DNA of 64,000 nt from Hyalangium minutum (GTDB lineage Bacteria; Myxococcota; Myxococcia; Myxococcales; Myxococcaceae), in assembly GCF_000737315.1 (NCBI RefSeq), contig NZ_JMCB01000009.1:62001-126000 (forward strand). Reading direction: 5' to 3'. The position numbers and the translations under genes were made by a program. Every line of letters begins with the position of its first letter. Position 1 is the first letter of the stretch. The notes below the pieces were generated by a model. The model saw nothing but the letters and a program-made list of their open reading frames with translations. It did not search any database and was not told the origin of the DNA. Positions 37,959 to 48,342 of this stretch are shown here, piece by piece.

Positions 37959-40523
37959 TCACAGCGCCGACCGGACCTCCAGCACGCGCTTGCTGAAGCG
38001 CCCGAAGTCCTCATCAATCCCGCGCAGCTGGAACGAGAGCTTACGAGCGGACTCGCCCAGCTCACCCTGCATCGACCCGAGCGTGCCCAGCACGCCGCGG
38101 AGGCGCACCAGCTCGCCCTCCTTCAGCGCGAGCAACGGGAAGCGGCTCCGCACCAGCCGCTCGAAGGTGCGCTCTGCCTCCACCTTGCCCTTGGGAGCTT
38201 CGAGCTCCGGGAGCAGCACGGTGAGCAGCTGCGTCAACCAGCTCCGCAAGTACTTGATGCGCGTGTGGGCGAAGACCAGTTCGGCTTGCGCCACCGCCTG
38301 CCGGACGTTGTCCGAGAGGAACGAGGCCGCCTCCGAGGACCGCGCGAAGGACAGTTGGTTGTCCAGCCCCACCAATGCGGCCAGCTCTCCATCCGGTGCC
38401 CGGACGGAGAAGCTGTTGCGGTAGAACGAATAGGCGTCGCCGTTGACAACGGCACCGGGGGCTGGGGGCGGACTCGCCACCTCCCGTGCCAGCGTACGGG
38501 CGTGCTCGACCAGCCGCTGCTCCAGGGTGTCGCGGCACTGAGCGAGAACGGCCTCGGGAGGCACGCCCTCCTGCCGCAGGTTCTCCGCGACGGTCTGCAC
38601 GGCGCGCGCGTACTGCTCGATGCGCTCGAACGGCGTGGTGGAGAGCACCTGCTTCGCGTACGCCAGCCCGAGCGGCTGGAGCAGCTCCTGCTTGAGTCCG
38701 GGCTGCGTGGGATCCAGCTCCTGCAGCGATTTCTCCAACTGGGTGAGCCGCCGCGAGTCCGAGGAGAGCGCCTCGAACGGATCGCGCTTCCCCGGAGGCC
38801 GAGGCGCCTGGAACGCCGCCGCCGCCCGCCGCCTCAGCGAGGCGACCACGCGCCGGCGCACCGCCATGTCCTCCATCCGCAGCCGCTCCATGGCCGCCGC
38901 GGCGCCCTCGGCCAGCAGCCCCGACAGCGCGGACGCCTGGGAGATCTCCTCCTCCAGGTTGTCGGCCAGAGCCACGAGCCCTTCGATCTTGAGCCCGTCC
39001 TCGAACTCCACGCTCTCGGCCGACAGGGCGATCATCTCCAGCAGTGCCTCGAGCGTGCGCGCGGAGGCCTCACACAGCGGGCCAAAGTGCGTCCGCAGCT
39101 CAGGAACGGAGCGGCACAGCTCCAACGTATCCTTGAAGGCCGCCGTGAGCTGGAGCCCACCCCGCCCTTCCGGCGCCGCGCCTCCCACTCCAGCAGCCGC
39201 TCCATCCTGGGGCGTCATGCTGCGGGCCAGCCGCTGCTCCACCGCCGCGAGCAGCCCGCGCGCGGCCACCAGCAAGGGAGCACGGTTCTCCGTGTGCCGC
39301 GGGCCCGGCACGAGCTTCACCAGCAGCCGCTGGGCCGTGATGGAGGCCAAGGCAGGCTGGAACGTGCGCGCCAGGGCCTCGGCGGCGGACACATCCTCGG
39401 CGGCGGCCAGCGCGGAGGACTCGCGCTCCACGCCGGTGACGAGCTCGTTGCGCACCTTGACCAGCGTCTCGTCGAAGGTCTTCTGCTCCAGCCGGACGAT
39501 CTCCAGCTGCGCCCGCTCGCGCGGATCCACGGCGACTTTGAGGAGCGCCTCGGCCTCGGCCGCCTGCGGCCCTCCAAGCAGGAAGAACCAGCGGAGGGCG
39601 TCCAGATCCTCGATCGTCGCCTCCAGGGGCCGATCCGGGCGCTGGTAGATCTGATCGCGCACCACCGCGGCCTTGAGCGCCCACAGCGCCTTCACCACCG
39701 AGCGCTGGGAGAAGTACTTGGTGGGCACATAGTCCGGCAGCTTGGACACCTGGGCAGCCAGCGAGCGCTCCAGCCCATCCGCCAGCAACTCCACGCCCTC
39801 CAGCACCTGGCTGGAGACCTTCACCTTCTCCACGGACTCCTGGAGCACATCCAGTTGCTGCAGGGTGAGTGCGGCGCGAAGGTCCGGCCGTGAGCCGTGC
39901 ATGAAGCGGTGGAGCATGGCGGCGCGGCTGGCGCGGCGGGCGAACGACTTGGGCACGAAAGCGATGAAGCTGAGCCGGTCCGCGAAGGCCAGCAGCAGCT
40001 CCGGCGAGCGCGCCAGCACCTCCGAGAGGTACCGGTTGCTCGTCATGATGGCGCACTCGATGCGGCCGCTCGTCACCCGGCGGCCGTGCTTGAGCTCACG
40101 CTCGTGCAGCACGTTGAGGATGGAGCGCAGCAGCATGTCGCGCCCGTCGAACACCTCGTCGAGGAACGCATGCACGGCGCCCAGCATGCCGTCATCGGTG
40201 ATGTACTCGGTGCGGCCCGTCTCGGTGAGCACCTTGAAGTCCACCGGGCCAATGAGGTCCGTCTGCACCGTGGACTCGGCGATCTGCTTGGCGAAGAGGG
40301 ACGGGCTGCCCGTCTTCTCATCGGTGATGCGCCCCAGCACCGCACTGGCGATGGCGCTCTTGGCCGTACCCGGAGGCCCCACGACGAGCACATGCTCCCG
40401 GCACAGCAGCGCCAGCTCGATCTGGATGAAGAGCGTCTCACGCTCGAGGTACGTCTCGCGCAGCTCGCCGAAGAAGCGGCGGAAGGCCTGCGCGGCCTGA
40501 GGAAGGGTCGTCGGGTGGGTCAC
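37959..40523 (-). CDS. MoxR/RavA-subfamily AAA+ ATPase with a long helical C-terminal extension, 854 aa
   Basis: GPPGTAKS Walker A, AFLDEVF Walker B, SILNVLHER, TSN sensor, DRL Arg finger. Confidence 0.85.
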   Translation of the reverse strand: MTHPTTLPQAAQAFRRFFGELRETYLERETLFIQIELALLCREHVLVVGPPGTAKSAIASAVLGRITDEKTGSPSLFAKQIAESTVQTDLIGPVDFKVLTETGRTEYITDDGMLGAVHAFLDEVFDGRDMLLRSILNVLHERELKHGRRVTSGRIECAIMTSNRYLSEVLARSPELLLAFADRLSFIAFVPKSFARRASRAAMLHRFMHGSRPDLRAALTLQQLDVLQESVEKVKVSSQVLEGVELLADGLERSLAAQVSKLPDYVPTKYFSQRSVVKALWALKAAVVRDQIYQRPDRPLEATIEDLDALRWFFLLGGPQAAEAEALLKVAVDPRERAQLEIVRLEQKTFDETLVKVRNELVTGVERESSALAAAEDVSAAEALARTFQPALASITAQRLLVKLVPGPRHTENRAPLLVAARGLLAAVEQRLARSMTPQDGAAAGVGGAAPEGRGGLQLTAAFKDTLELCRSVPELRTHFGPLCEASARTLEALLEMIALSAESVEFEDGLKIEGLVALADNLEEEISQASALSGLLAEGAAAAMERLRMEDMAVRRRVVASLRRRAAAAFQAPRPPGKRDPFEALSSDSRRLTQLEKSLQELDPTQPGLKQELLQPLGLAYAKQVLSTTPFERIEQYARAVQTVAENLRQEGVPPEAVLAQCRDTLEQRLVEHARTLAREVASPPPAPGAVVNGDAYSFYRNSFSVRAPDGELAALVGLDNQLSFARSSEAASFLSDNVRQAVAQAELVFAHTRIKYLRSWLTQLLTVLLPELEAPKGKVEAERTFERLVRSRFPLLALKEGELVRLRGVLGTLGSMQGELGESARKLSFQLRGIDEDFGRFSKRVLEVRSAL

Positions 40524-40574
40524 GGGCAGCCAGGGCCAAACGGTAGGCCCGGCATGTTAGCCCCCACCCCTCGC

Positions 40575-40970
40575 CTATTTGAAGTGCACCGCACAGGCGC
40601 CATCTGGGCACTCGCGCCCAGCGATGCGGAAGCGGTACCGGGCTACCACGCCATAGAGGGCATCCACCAACTGCCGCAGCCCTGGCACGTAGTAGACGTA
40701 GAGCAGCCGGCCCCATAACCGCCGTCCCAGAGCCCGGACAATGGCCTCCGCGCCCTCGACGACGCGGCCATCCGCCTGGACCAGCTGCATGGCCTTCTCA
40801 CACCGCTCGTAAACAACCCCAGGGAACGCGCTGAGCGCGCCTTCATCCCGGAACGAGCGCAGCTCCGTTCCTCGTCCGCCCAACAGGCGCTCGAGCTTCC
40901 GAGCCCCTGCGCTGCACAGCCGGCAGTGCCCGTCGAACAGGATCACGTCATGACCCGGAGGCGAAGTCAT
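40575..40970 (-). CDS. DCC1-like (DUF393) thiol-disulfide oxidoreductase
   Basis: ILFDGHCRLC, GAEAIVRAL, YGVVARYRF motifs; ATG 40970 or 40979. Confidence 0.85.
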   Translation of the reverse strand: MTSPPGHDVILFDGHCRLCSAGARKLERLLGGRGTELRSFRDEGALSAFPGVVYERCEKAMQLVQADGRVVEGAEAIVRALGRRLWGRLLYVYYVPGLRQLVDALYGVVARYRFRIAGRECPDGACAVHFK

Positions 40971-41052
40971 CAACGCCATGCAGTGCCACCTCTCACTCTC
41001 AGTATGGCACCCCGCCTCTGACTTCTCATGCGAATCCCTGAGCCCAGGCCCG

Positions 41053-41093
41053 CAAAGAAGAAGGGCCGGTGTCCCGAGGGAGCACCAGCCCTT
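41053..41093 (-). terminator. Intrinsic terminator of dnaK
   Basis: GAAGGGCTGGTGC...CACCGGCCCTTC stem followed by TTCTTT. Confidence 0.7.
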
Positions 41094-41128
41094 CTCACTC
41101 ACTCAGCCGTGAAGGCCGCGCGTTCCGA

Positions 41129-43036
41129 TTACGACTGACGGAACTCGGCGTCCACCACGTCGTCCTTCGGCGTGGCCTGGCTGCCAGGAGCCGCGGACGG
41201 ACCACCAGCACCCGGAGGCGGCGGGCCACCGGCCGAGCCCGTGGCCTTGTACATCTCCTCCGCGATCTTGTAGCTGACCTGCTGCAGTTCGTTCAGCGCG
41301 GACTTGAGGAGCTCCTTGTCCTGGCCCTCGCGAGCCTTGTTCAGGTTGGCCAGGGTGCTCTCCAGCGCCGTGACGCTCTCGGCGGACAGCTTGTCCTTGT
41401 TCTCCTTCAGCATCTTCTCCGCGGCGTACGCCTGGCTCTCGGCCTGGTTCTTCAGCTCGACCAGCTCGCGGCGGGCCTTGTCGGCGGCCTCGTTCTCCCG
41501 CGCCTGCGCCACCATCTTCTCGACCTCGTCCTTGGCGAGACCCGAGGAGTGGGTGATCTGGACCTTCTGCTCCTTGCCCGTGGCCTTGTCCTTGGCGCTC
41601 ACGTTCAGGATGCCGTTGGCGTCGATGTCGAACGTCACCTCGATCTGAGGCACGCCGCGCGGCGCCGGAGGCATGCCCGTCAGGTGGAAGCGGCCCAGGC
41701 TGCGGTTGTCACCGGCCATGTCGCGCTCACCCTGCAGCACGTGGATCTCCACCTGCGTCTGGCCGTCGGCGGCCGTGGAGAACGTCTCCGACTTGCGCGT
41801 CGGGATCGTCGTGTTGCGCTCGATGAGCTTGGTCATCACTCCGCCCAGCGTCTCCACGCCGAGCGACAGCGGGGTGACGTCCAGCAGGAGGATGTCCTTC
41901 ACCTCGCCGGAGAGCACGCCGGCCTGCACCGCCGCACCGACGGCGACCACCTCGTCCGGGTTCACGCTCTCGTTCGGCTTCTTGCCGAAGAGGCGCTCCA
42001 CCGCGGCCTTCACCTTCGGGATGCGCGTGCTGCCGCCGACGAGCACCACCTCGTTCAGGTCCTTGGGCTCCACGCCCGCGTCCTTGAGGCACTTGCGGCA
42101 CGGCTCCAGCGAGCGCTCCACGAGCGCGTCGATCATCGACTCGAACTTGGCGCGCGACAGCTTCACGTTGAGGTGCTTGGGGCCGGACGCGTCCGCCGTG
42201 AGGAACGGGAGGTTGATCTCCGTCTCCATCGCGCTGGACAGCTCGATCTTGGCCTTCTCCGCCGCCTCCTTCAGGCGCTGGAGCACCATCTTGTCCTTGC
42301 TGATGTCGAGCCCGTTGTCCTTCTTGAACTCGCTGATCAGCCAGTTCATGATCTCCAGGTCGATGTTGTCGCCGCCCAGGTGCGTGTCACCGTTGGTCGC
42401 GAGCACATCCACCACGTTCTCGCCCACCTCCAGGATGGAGATGTCGAACGTGCCACCGCCGAAGTCATAGACGGCGATCTTCTCGTCCTTCTTCTTGTCC
42501 AGGCCGTACGCCAGAGCGGCGGCGGTCGGCTCGTTCACGATGCGGCGCACCGTGAGGCCCGCGATCTCACCGGCGTCCTTGGTGGCCTGGCGCTGAGCGT
42601 CGTTGAAGTACGCGGGAACGGTGATGACCGCCTCCGTCACCTTCTCACCCAGGTAGTTCTCCGCGGCGCGCTTCAGCTTGAGCAGCACCTGCGCCGAGAT
42701 CTCCGGCGGGCTGTACTGCTTGCCGTCAATTTCCACGCGCGCATCGCCGTGCGGTCCACGTACCACCTTGTACGGAACCAGCTTGGCCTCGTCGCCCGTC
42801 TCCTCGAAGCGGCGCCCCATGAAGCGCTTGATGGAGTAGACGGTGCGCTCCGGGTTGGTGATGGACTGCCGCTTGGCAACCTGGCCGACCAGACGCTCCC
42901 CATCCTTGGTGAACGCGACGACCGAGGGCGTGATGCGGCTGCCTTCCTCGTTGACGATGACCTTGGGCTCGCGACCCTCCATGATCGCCACCACGCTGTT
43001 GGTGGTGCCCAGGTCGATTCCAATGATCTTGCCCAC
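41129..43036 (-). CDS. dnaK: Chaperone DnaK (Hsp70)
   Basis: [40 protein letters not shown]; GTG 43036 with GGAGG RBS. Confidence 0.97.
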   Translation of the reverse strand: MGKIIGIDLGTTNSVVAIMEGREPKVIVNEEGSRITPSVVAFTKDGERLVGQVAKRQSITNPERTVYSIKRFMGRRFEETGDEAKLVPYKVVRGPHGDARVEIDGKQYSPPEISAQVLLKLKRAAENYLGEKVTEAVITVPAYFNDAQRQATKDAGEIAGLTVRRIVNEPTAAALAYGLDKKKDEKIAVYDFGGGTFDISILEVGENVVDVLATNGDTHLGGDNIDLEIMNWLISEFKKDNGLDISKDKMVLQRLKEAAEKAKIELSSAMETEINLPFLTADASGPKHLNVKLSRAKFESMIDALVERSLEPCRKCLKDAGVEPKDLNEVVLVGGSTRIPKVKAAVERLFGKKPNESVNPDEVVAVGAAVQAGVLSGEVKDILLLDVTPLSLGVETLGGVMTKLIERNTTIPTRKSETFSTAADGQTQVEIHVLQGERDMAGDNRSLGRFHLTGMPPAPRGVPQIEVTFDIDANGILNVSAKDKATGKEQKVQITHSSGLAKDEVEKMVAQARENEAADKARRELVELKNQAESQAYAAEKMLKENKDKLSAESVTALESTLANLNKAREGQDKELLKSALNELQQVSYKIAEEMYKATGSAGGPPPPGAGGPSAAPGSQATPKDDVVDAEFRQS

Positions 43037-43091
43037 GGTTTCTATCCTCCGGAAACGACTGCGTTTTTCTACGAAACCCTGATGTACGCCC

Positions 43092-43119
43092 AACGTAACC
43101 ACCGAAGGGGGGGTGTCAA
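43092..43119 (-). promoter_or_regulatory. sigma70-like promoter of dnaK
   Basis: TTGACA-N16-TACGTT. Confidence 0.5.
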
Positions 43120-43460
43120 ACGGTCCCAAAGCCTCTGTGTCAACATGGGAGCCGCCCCAGCTGCGCACACAGGGGCCTCGGACAAGCGCTCGGCGTGAAG
43201 TCCAGGACACCGAGCGACCGGGCAGCCGCGTCACCTGTTCGCCACCGAACCGTCAAAGGTGCGTAACGGGCTCTACACCGCCGTCACCATCCGGTAGCGA
43301 TCACTCCCCTTCTGCCGGGGGCCTGAAGGGCCAAGCCCTTGAAATCACGTCCCCCCGCCAGAGCTAACGCCTCGCGTCAGCCGTTGGCGAGGAATGTGCA
43401 CAAGAAGGCAGCGGCGCTCGTATCGCGCACCGACAGTTCCTACCCAGGAGCCTGCCCCCC

Positions 43461-44552
43461 ATGCTGGTACAGCCCCTTCGTTCCCCGAGTCTCCGCCAGG
43501 TGCCGGCGCCCTCTGTCGCCCCTGAGCCGAAGGTCGCCGTGCTCTTGAACGCCAACGCCCGCAAGGTGGACGCGCGCGTGGTGAAGTCGCTCTCTCACAT
43601 CGTCCCGGAAGAGGACCTGTTCCTCTCGCGCTCGGAGCTGGATGCGCGCCGGATTGCGCAGACGGTGCTGGAGCGGCGCTACCCGCTGGTGTTCACGGGC
43701 GGCGGCGACGGCACCTTCCTGGGCTTCGTCAACGAGTTCCTCCGGCAGTTGGAGCCTCGCGGCCGGTTCGCGGGCCAGTCCATGCCCCGCTTCGGCGTGC
43801 TGAAGCTGGGCACCGGCAACGGCCTGGCCAACTTCGTCAACGCCTCCAACCCGAGCGGCGACGGCATCCTCCACGACGTGGTCCGGGCCCTGGCCGGGGA
43901 TGTGGCCGGCGTGCGCCGCATGGACATGGTGATGGTGGATGGGGTGCGCACCCCGTTCGCGGGCCTGGGCGTCGATGGCAAGCTGCTCAACGACTACATC
44001 TGGGTGAAGGAGAACCTGGGCAAGGGCTTCTTCAAGCGCGTCATGACGGGCAGCGGCGGGTACTTCTCCGCGGTGGCCTTCAAGACGGTGCCCCACTACC
44101 TGACCCACTCCACCTGGGTGGAGGCCGAGGTCATCAACGGCGCCAGCGAGGCGTACCGCCTGGGCGCGGATGGCCGCCCGGTGGGTGAGCCCGTGGCGCC
44201 CGGCGACGTGCTGTTCCGCGGCAAGCTGATGATGGCGGGCGCGGCCACCATGCCCTTCTATGGCTACGGCTTCCGGATGTTCCCGTTCGCCAGCCAGCGC
44301 CGGGGGATGATGCACGTGCGCCTGGGCCAGGTGCCGACCACGTCGGTGCTGGCCAACCTGCCCAAGCTGTGGAACGGCCGCTGGTTCCCCGAGGGCATCC
44401 ACGACTTCCACGCCAAGGAAGTGACGATCCGCTTCGCCCAGCCCATGCCCCTGCAGATCGGCGGCGATGCGGCAGGCTACCGCGACGAGCTGAAGCTCTC
44501 CGTGGCTCCCGAGTCCGTGGAGCTGCTGGACTTCCACGCCGCAGTGAACTGA
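43461..44552 (+). CDS. Diacylglycerol/sphingosine kinase family lipid kinase
   Basis: LLNANA, GGGDGT, LKLGTGN, QIGGD motifs. Confidence 0.85.
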   Translation: MLVQPLRSPSLRQVPAPSVAPEPKVAVLLNANARKVDARVVKSLSHIVPEEDLFLSRSELDARRIAQTVLERRYPLVFTGGGDGTFLGFVNEFLRQLEPRGRFAGQSMPRFGVLKLGTGNGLANFVNASNPSGDGILHDVVRALAGDVAGVRRMDMVMVDGVRTPFAGLGVDGKLLNDYIWVKENLGKGFFKRVMTGSGGYFSAVAFKTVPHYLTHSTWVEAEVINGASEAYRLGADGRPVGEPVAPGDVLFRGKLMMAGAATMPFYGYGFRMFPFASQRRGMMHVRLGQVPTTSVLANLPKLWNGRWFPEGIHDFHAKEVTIRFAQPMPLQIGGDAAGYRDELKLSVAPESVELLDFHAAVN

Positions 44553-44574
44553 GCCGCGGCAGGCCGTACGCCTG

Positions 44575-44613
44575 AAGCCGGGCCTCTCTGCGGAGGTCCG
44601 GCTTTGTTGTTTT
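44575..44613 (+). terminator. Intrinsic terminator after the lipid kinase gene
   Basis: AAGCCGGGCCT/AGGTCCGGCTT stem plus TGTTGTTTT. Confidence 0.7.
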
Positions 44614-44637
44614 CAGAGGGGGCCCTGCTCCCTGCGA

Positions 44638-45396
44638 CTAGCCGCGATCACGCGAGGCGGGAGGCTTCTCCCCCGGCTCCTTGCGGCGGCCAATGAGGAA
44701 GGCGTAGCTCACGCCCGCCTTGCCGTTCTGCTCGCGGTGCACGGAGATCTCCTGGCGGAGGACCTCTGCGTCCTTCACGGGCGCGTTCTGCAGGCGCTGC
44801 TCCACATCCCGGTAGAGCGCATCCAGCTCGAGGTCCGTGAGCGTCTCCACGGACTCGGGCTCGTAGCCGTTGGCCTCCAGCTCCAGGAGCAACTCGCGAG
44901 GCAGCAGCAGGTGCGTGCCGAGCCGCTTCTCCCAGAACTCCAGCGCCGGCTTGGCCGTGTAGCGCCCCACCCGGGCTGGGAAGGTCATCCCCAGGCGCCC
45001 GCGCTTCGCCAGCAACCGACGGAGCGTCGTGAGGCTCGTGCCGAGGGGGTAGAAGACGCGGCCCTGGATCAGGATCGCATCGAACTCGCCTTCCGGGAAG
45101 CCGAGCCGGTCCAGGTCCACCCGGCGGGTCTCCACGCGGTCGGCGAGGGCCAGTGCCCTCACCCGCTCCCGGATCGAGGCCAGCAGCGAGTCCTCGGTAT
45201 CGGCGGCGACGACCGAGCACCCCAGGTCTCGCGCCAGCAACATGGGGGCGCCTACGGGGCCGCAGCCAAGCACCAGCACGCGGCAGCCGGGCTCCAATTG
45301 CGCTGCCCGGGCGAAGCGGCGGGTGGCCTCGTCCGAGCCGAAGGCACGCCGTGCATCCCCGGGATAATAGAGCGGAAAGGGCCCAGCCTGACTCAT
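44638..45396 (-). CDS. Class I SAM-dependent methyltransferase
   Basis: VLVLGCG motif I variant, VVAAD, FPEGEFDAIL. Confidence 0.75.
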   Translation of the reverse strand: MSQAGPFPLYYPGDARRAFGSDEATRRFARAAQLEPGCRVLVLGCGPVGAPMLLARDLGCSVVAADTEDSLLASIRERVRALALADRVETRRVDLDRLGFPEGEFDAILIQGRVFYPLGTSLTTLRRLLAKRGRLGMTFPARVGRYTAKPALEFWEKRLGTHLLLPRELLLELEANGYEPESVETLTDLELDALYRDVEQRLQNAPVKDAEVLRQEISVHREQNGKAGVSYAFLIGRRKEPGEKPPASRDRG

Positions 45397-45481
45397 TCAC
45401 CTCGTCTTATACCCATCCCGAGGGGACTTCCAGTTGGGCGTGGGACTCTTTCGCCTCTGGGGCGATCAGGCGTCCATCCGC

Positions 45482-45787
45482 TCACAGGTAATAGATGACC
45501 CGCTTTTCCTGGTGGAGCTGTTCGTAGATGGAGCGCCGGTGCTCCTCGGAGAGCAGGTAGACGGAGACGCTCACGGAGACGTACTTGCCCTTGCTGCTGG
45601 GCTGCTCGTGGATGGAGTCCGGGGAGATCTCCGACCCCATCAGCCGCTTGAAGAGCTGGCGCACGTACTCCTTGAAGCCATGCTCCTGCATCCCCATGAC
45701 CTTGAAGGTGTAGATGGAGGGGTACTCGATGAGCGGCTTCTTGTCCTCGGCTTCGCCTGGGGGGGCGGGGGGGCTGTCCTTGTTCAT
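45482..45787 (-). CDS. ybeD: DUF493/YbeD family protein
   Basis: LIEYPSIYTFKVMG, SSKGKYVSVSV, IYEQL. Confidence 0.85.
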   Translation of the reverse strand: MNKDSPPAPPGEAEDKKPLIEYPSIYTFKVMGMQEHGFKEYVRQLFKRLMGSEISPDSIHEQPSSKGKYVSVSVSVYLLSEEHRRSIYEQLHQEKRVIYYL

Positions 45788-45816
45788 GACCCGTCTCGGC
45801 CTCTGGGGCGCAGGCC

Positions 45817-47136
45817 TCAGAGGAGGTTGGCGGCCAGCTCGGCCAGGGCGCTGCGCTCACCCTTGGCCATGGTGATGTGGCCGGCGATCTTCTCGTTCTT
45901 GAAGCGGTTGACCACGTGCACGAGGCCGTTGTTCGTCGCGTCCACGTAGGGGTTGTCGATCTGGAACGGATCCCCCGTGAGGACGATCTTCGTGTTGTCG
46001 CCCACGCGGGTGATGATGGTCTTCACCTCGTGGGGGGTGAGGTTCTGCGCCTCGTCCACTATGATGAACTGGTTGGGAATGCTGCGGCCGCGGATGTACG
46101 TCAGGGGCTCGATTTCGATCAGCCCCAGGTCCACGAGCTCGTGGTAGCCGCGGCCCGCCTTCTTGTCGGCCCGGCTGAGGTTCATCAGGAACTCCACGTT
46201 GTCGAAGATGGGCTGCATCCAGGGGTTCAGCTTCTCTTCCACACTGCCGGGCAGGTAGCCGATGTCCCGGCCGAGCGGGAAGATGGGCCGGCTCACCAGC
46301 AGCTTCTGGTACAGGCTCTCCTCGGTCACCTTGTGGAGCCCCGCGGCAATGGCCATCAGCGTCTTGCCCGTGCCGGCCTTGCCCACGATGGTGACGAGCT
46401 TGATGTCGTCGTTGAGCAGCAGGTCCAACACGAAGGCCTGCTCCATGTTGCGAGGCCGCACGCCCCAGATGCCCTCCTTGATGAGGCGCAGCAGGGGGAC
46501 GATCTTGCCCTTGGCCGCGTTGAAGCGGCCCATGGCGGTGTGCGAAGGGTTGGTCTCGTCCTTGAGAAGGATGCACTGGTTGGGGAAGAGCTTGTCCAAC
46601 CCCGCCACCTCGACTTCCGCGCCCGGCTTGTACATCTGGTCCACCGCGTCCCGAGGGACGAGCAACTCGGTGAAGCCGGTGTACAACTCGGTGATCTCGA
46701 CGCGCTCGGTGTCGTAGTCCTCGGCGACCAGCCCCAGCGCGTCGGCGCGGATGCGCAGGTTGGTGTCCTTGGTGATGAAGACGGCCTGGGTCTCCGGCTC
46801 CTTCTTCATCGTCTCGAGGGCCACCGCGAGGATGCGGTTGTCCATCAAGTCCTTGTCCGCCAGCTGCTGGGGGAGCTGCTCCTCGGCGAAGCTCACCTTC
46901 AGGAAGCCCCCGTGCGGCAGGGCCACCCCTTCCCTCAGCGAGCCCTCGGTGCGGAACGCGTCCAGGTAGCGGGTGACGAGGCGCGCGTTACGCCCCAGCT
47001 CGGACAGATCCCGCTTGAACTGATCGATCTCCTCGATCACGTAGATCGGGATGATGACGTTGTTGTCCTTGAAGGTGTAGATGCTGCGCGGATCGTGGAG
47101 GAGAACGTTGGTGTCGAGGATGAAGTTCTTCGGCAT
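45817..47136 (-). CDS. PhoH2: PIN domain + PhoH ATPase
   Basis: ILDTNVLLHDP (PIN), GKAGTGKT, YIRGRS, DEAQN, GDPFQID. Confidence 0.9.
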   Translation of the reverse strand: MPKNFILDTNVLLHDPRSIYTFKDNNVIIPIYVIEEIDQFKRDLSELGRNARLVTRYLDAFRTEGSLREGVALPHGGFLKVSFAEEQLPQQLADKDLMDNRILAVALETMKKEPETQAVFITKDTNLRIRADALGLVAEDYDTERVEITELYTGFTELLVPRDAVDQMYKPGAEVEVAGLDKLFPNQCILLKDETNPSHTAMGRFNAAKGKIVPLLRLIKEGIWGVRPRNMEQAFVLDLLLNDDIKLVTIVGKAGTGKTLMAIAAGLHKVTEESLYQKLLVSRPIFPLGRDIGYLPGSVEEKLNPWMQPIFDNVEFLMNLSRADKKAGRGYHELVDLGLIEIEPLTYIRGRSIPNQFIIVDEAQNLTPHEVKTIITRVGDNTKIVLTGDPFQIDNPYVDATNNGLVHVVNRFKNEKIAGHITMAKGERSALAELAANLL

Positions 47137-47367
47137 CGTGGTGGTTGCGACCTCGAAGAGGGGTGCGACCGCGTGGCGCTGCGAGCGACCTTCTGGTTCC
47201 CAATATAGACACCGCCTCTCAGGGAAGCAGCCGTCTTCCTACTCAAGTACAGCTCTTGCGCGCCGCGAGGGCCCTACCCCTTCCGTAGGGAGGCGGGAGG
47301 CTGGGCACCACCCCTTCCGTCCAGTCGGGGTGTCGAGAGTTGAACCCTTGGGGTAGGTCTGAGTAGT

Positions 47368-48309
47368 TCAGGCAGGCGCGAGCGGATCGTACGCCAGGAC
47401 CTCTGCCACCGCGTCAGGCGGGGGTCCAGGGGGCATGAGATCCCAGGGGAACCGATCCTGGAGGGTCTCGAAGTCGATGGAGAGGGGCAGCCGCGAGTAC
47501 TCCTTCACGGCGTCGCGCCAGGCCTTGTCGTCGAAGAAACGCTCGAAGCGCCGCGTGAAGGACGCCACCATCGGCGAGGGCACGAAGGGCACGGGAGCAC
47601 CTCCGGGGGCCTGGACACAGCCGAGCTCTACGGCCCACGCCAGCAGCCATCGGGGCCATTGCCGCCCTGCCCTCCTGAGAGACACGAAGCGGCCCTGAGC
47701 GGCACCGTCCACGAAGTGGAAGTGGCGAGAGTAGACCCAGGCGGCGGCGAAGGTGTTGGGCGTGAGCGCCATGCCCTCGGCGCTGACCCGGCGGGCCATG
47801 AGCAGCATCAGCTCGAGGATCTCCGCCGAGATCGCCAGCCCCGGGCGCACCTGGCCCGGCATGGGCGGCCGGTTCCAGTCGAAGGAGCGCCCCGGGTGCT
47901 GCAGGGCAAAGGAGTCCATGTAGAGCAGCGCACAGGCCTCCAAAGGAGGCGGCAGCCCAAGCTCGGCTCCCGTGGTCTTTCGCAAGGAGATATCGGCCGC
48001 GACGGCCTGGTAGCGCTGGCTCCAGAGGATGATCCGGGGGCGGAATGCATCCTCCAGGGGCAGCCGCAGCTCGAGCGGCCCCACCCCGCGCTCCTCGAGG
48101 CGCTGGATTAGCCCGTACTCACGGAAGGCCTTCTCCAGGCCCGCGCGGCTGTAGATGCCGAAGGCCAGTGCGACGCGCTTCTCGCTGGACTCCAGGCCCA
48201 GATCGTCGAGGCTCAGTGCCTCGTCCTGTTCGGGAACGGACAGCTCCGCCGCGCCGAGGCGCTGGTAGATGCGACGGAAGCGCGAGCCTGGCTGCTGCGT
48301 CCGCGGCAT
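47368..48309 (-). CDS. Hypothetical protein, possibly GNAT-like fold
   Basis: 313-aa ORF with coding-like GC3; PMPGQVRPGLAI motif. Confidence 0.6.
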   Translation of the reverse strand: MPRTQQPGSRFRRIYQRLGAAELSVPEQDEALSLDDLGLESSEKRVALAFGIYSRAGLEKAFREYGLIQRLEERGVGPLELRLPLEDAFRPRIILWSQRYQAVAADISLRKTTGAELGLPPPLEACALLYMDSFALQHPGRSFDWNRPPMPGQVRPGLAISAEILELMLLMARRVSAEGMALTPNTFAAAWVYSRHFHFVDGAAQGRFVSLRRAGRQWPRWLLAWAVELGCVQAPGGAPVPFVPSPMVASFTRRFERFFDDKAWRDAVKEYSRLPLSIDFETLQDRFPWDLMPPGPPPDAVAEVLAYDPLAPA

Positions 48310-48342
48310 CGCGGCATCCTCCTCTGCGGCAGGGGGCGTATT

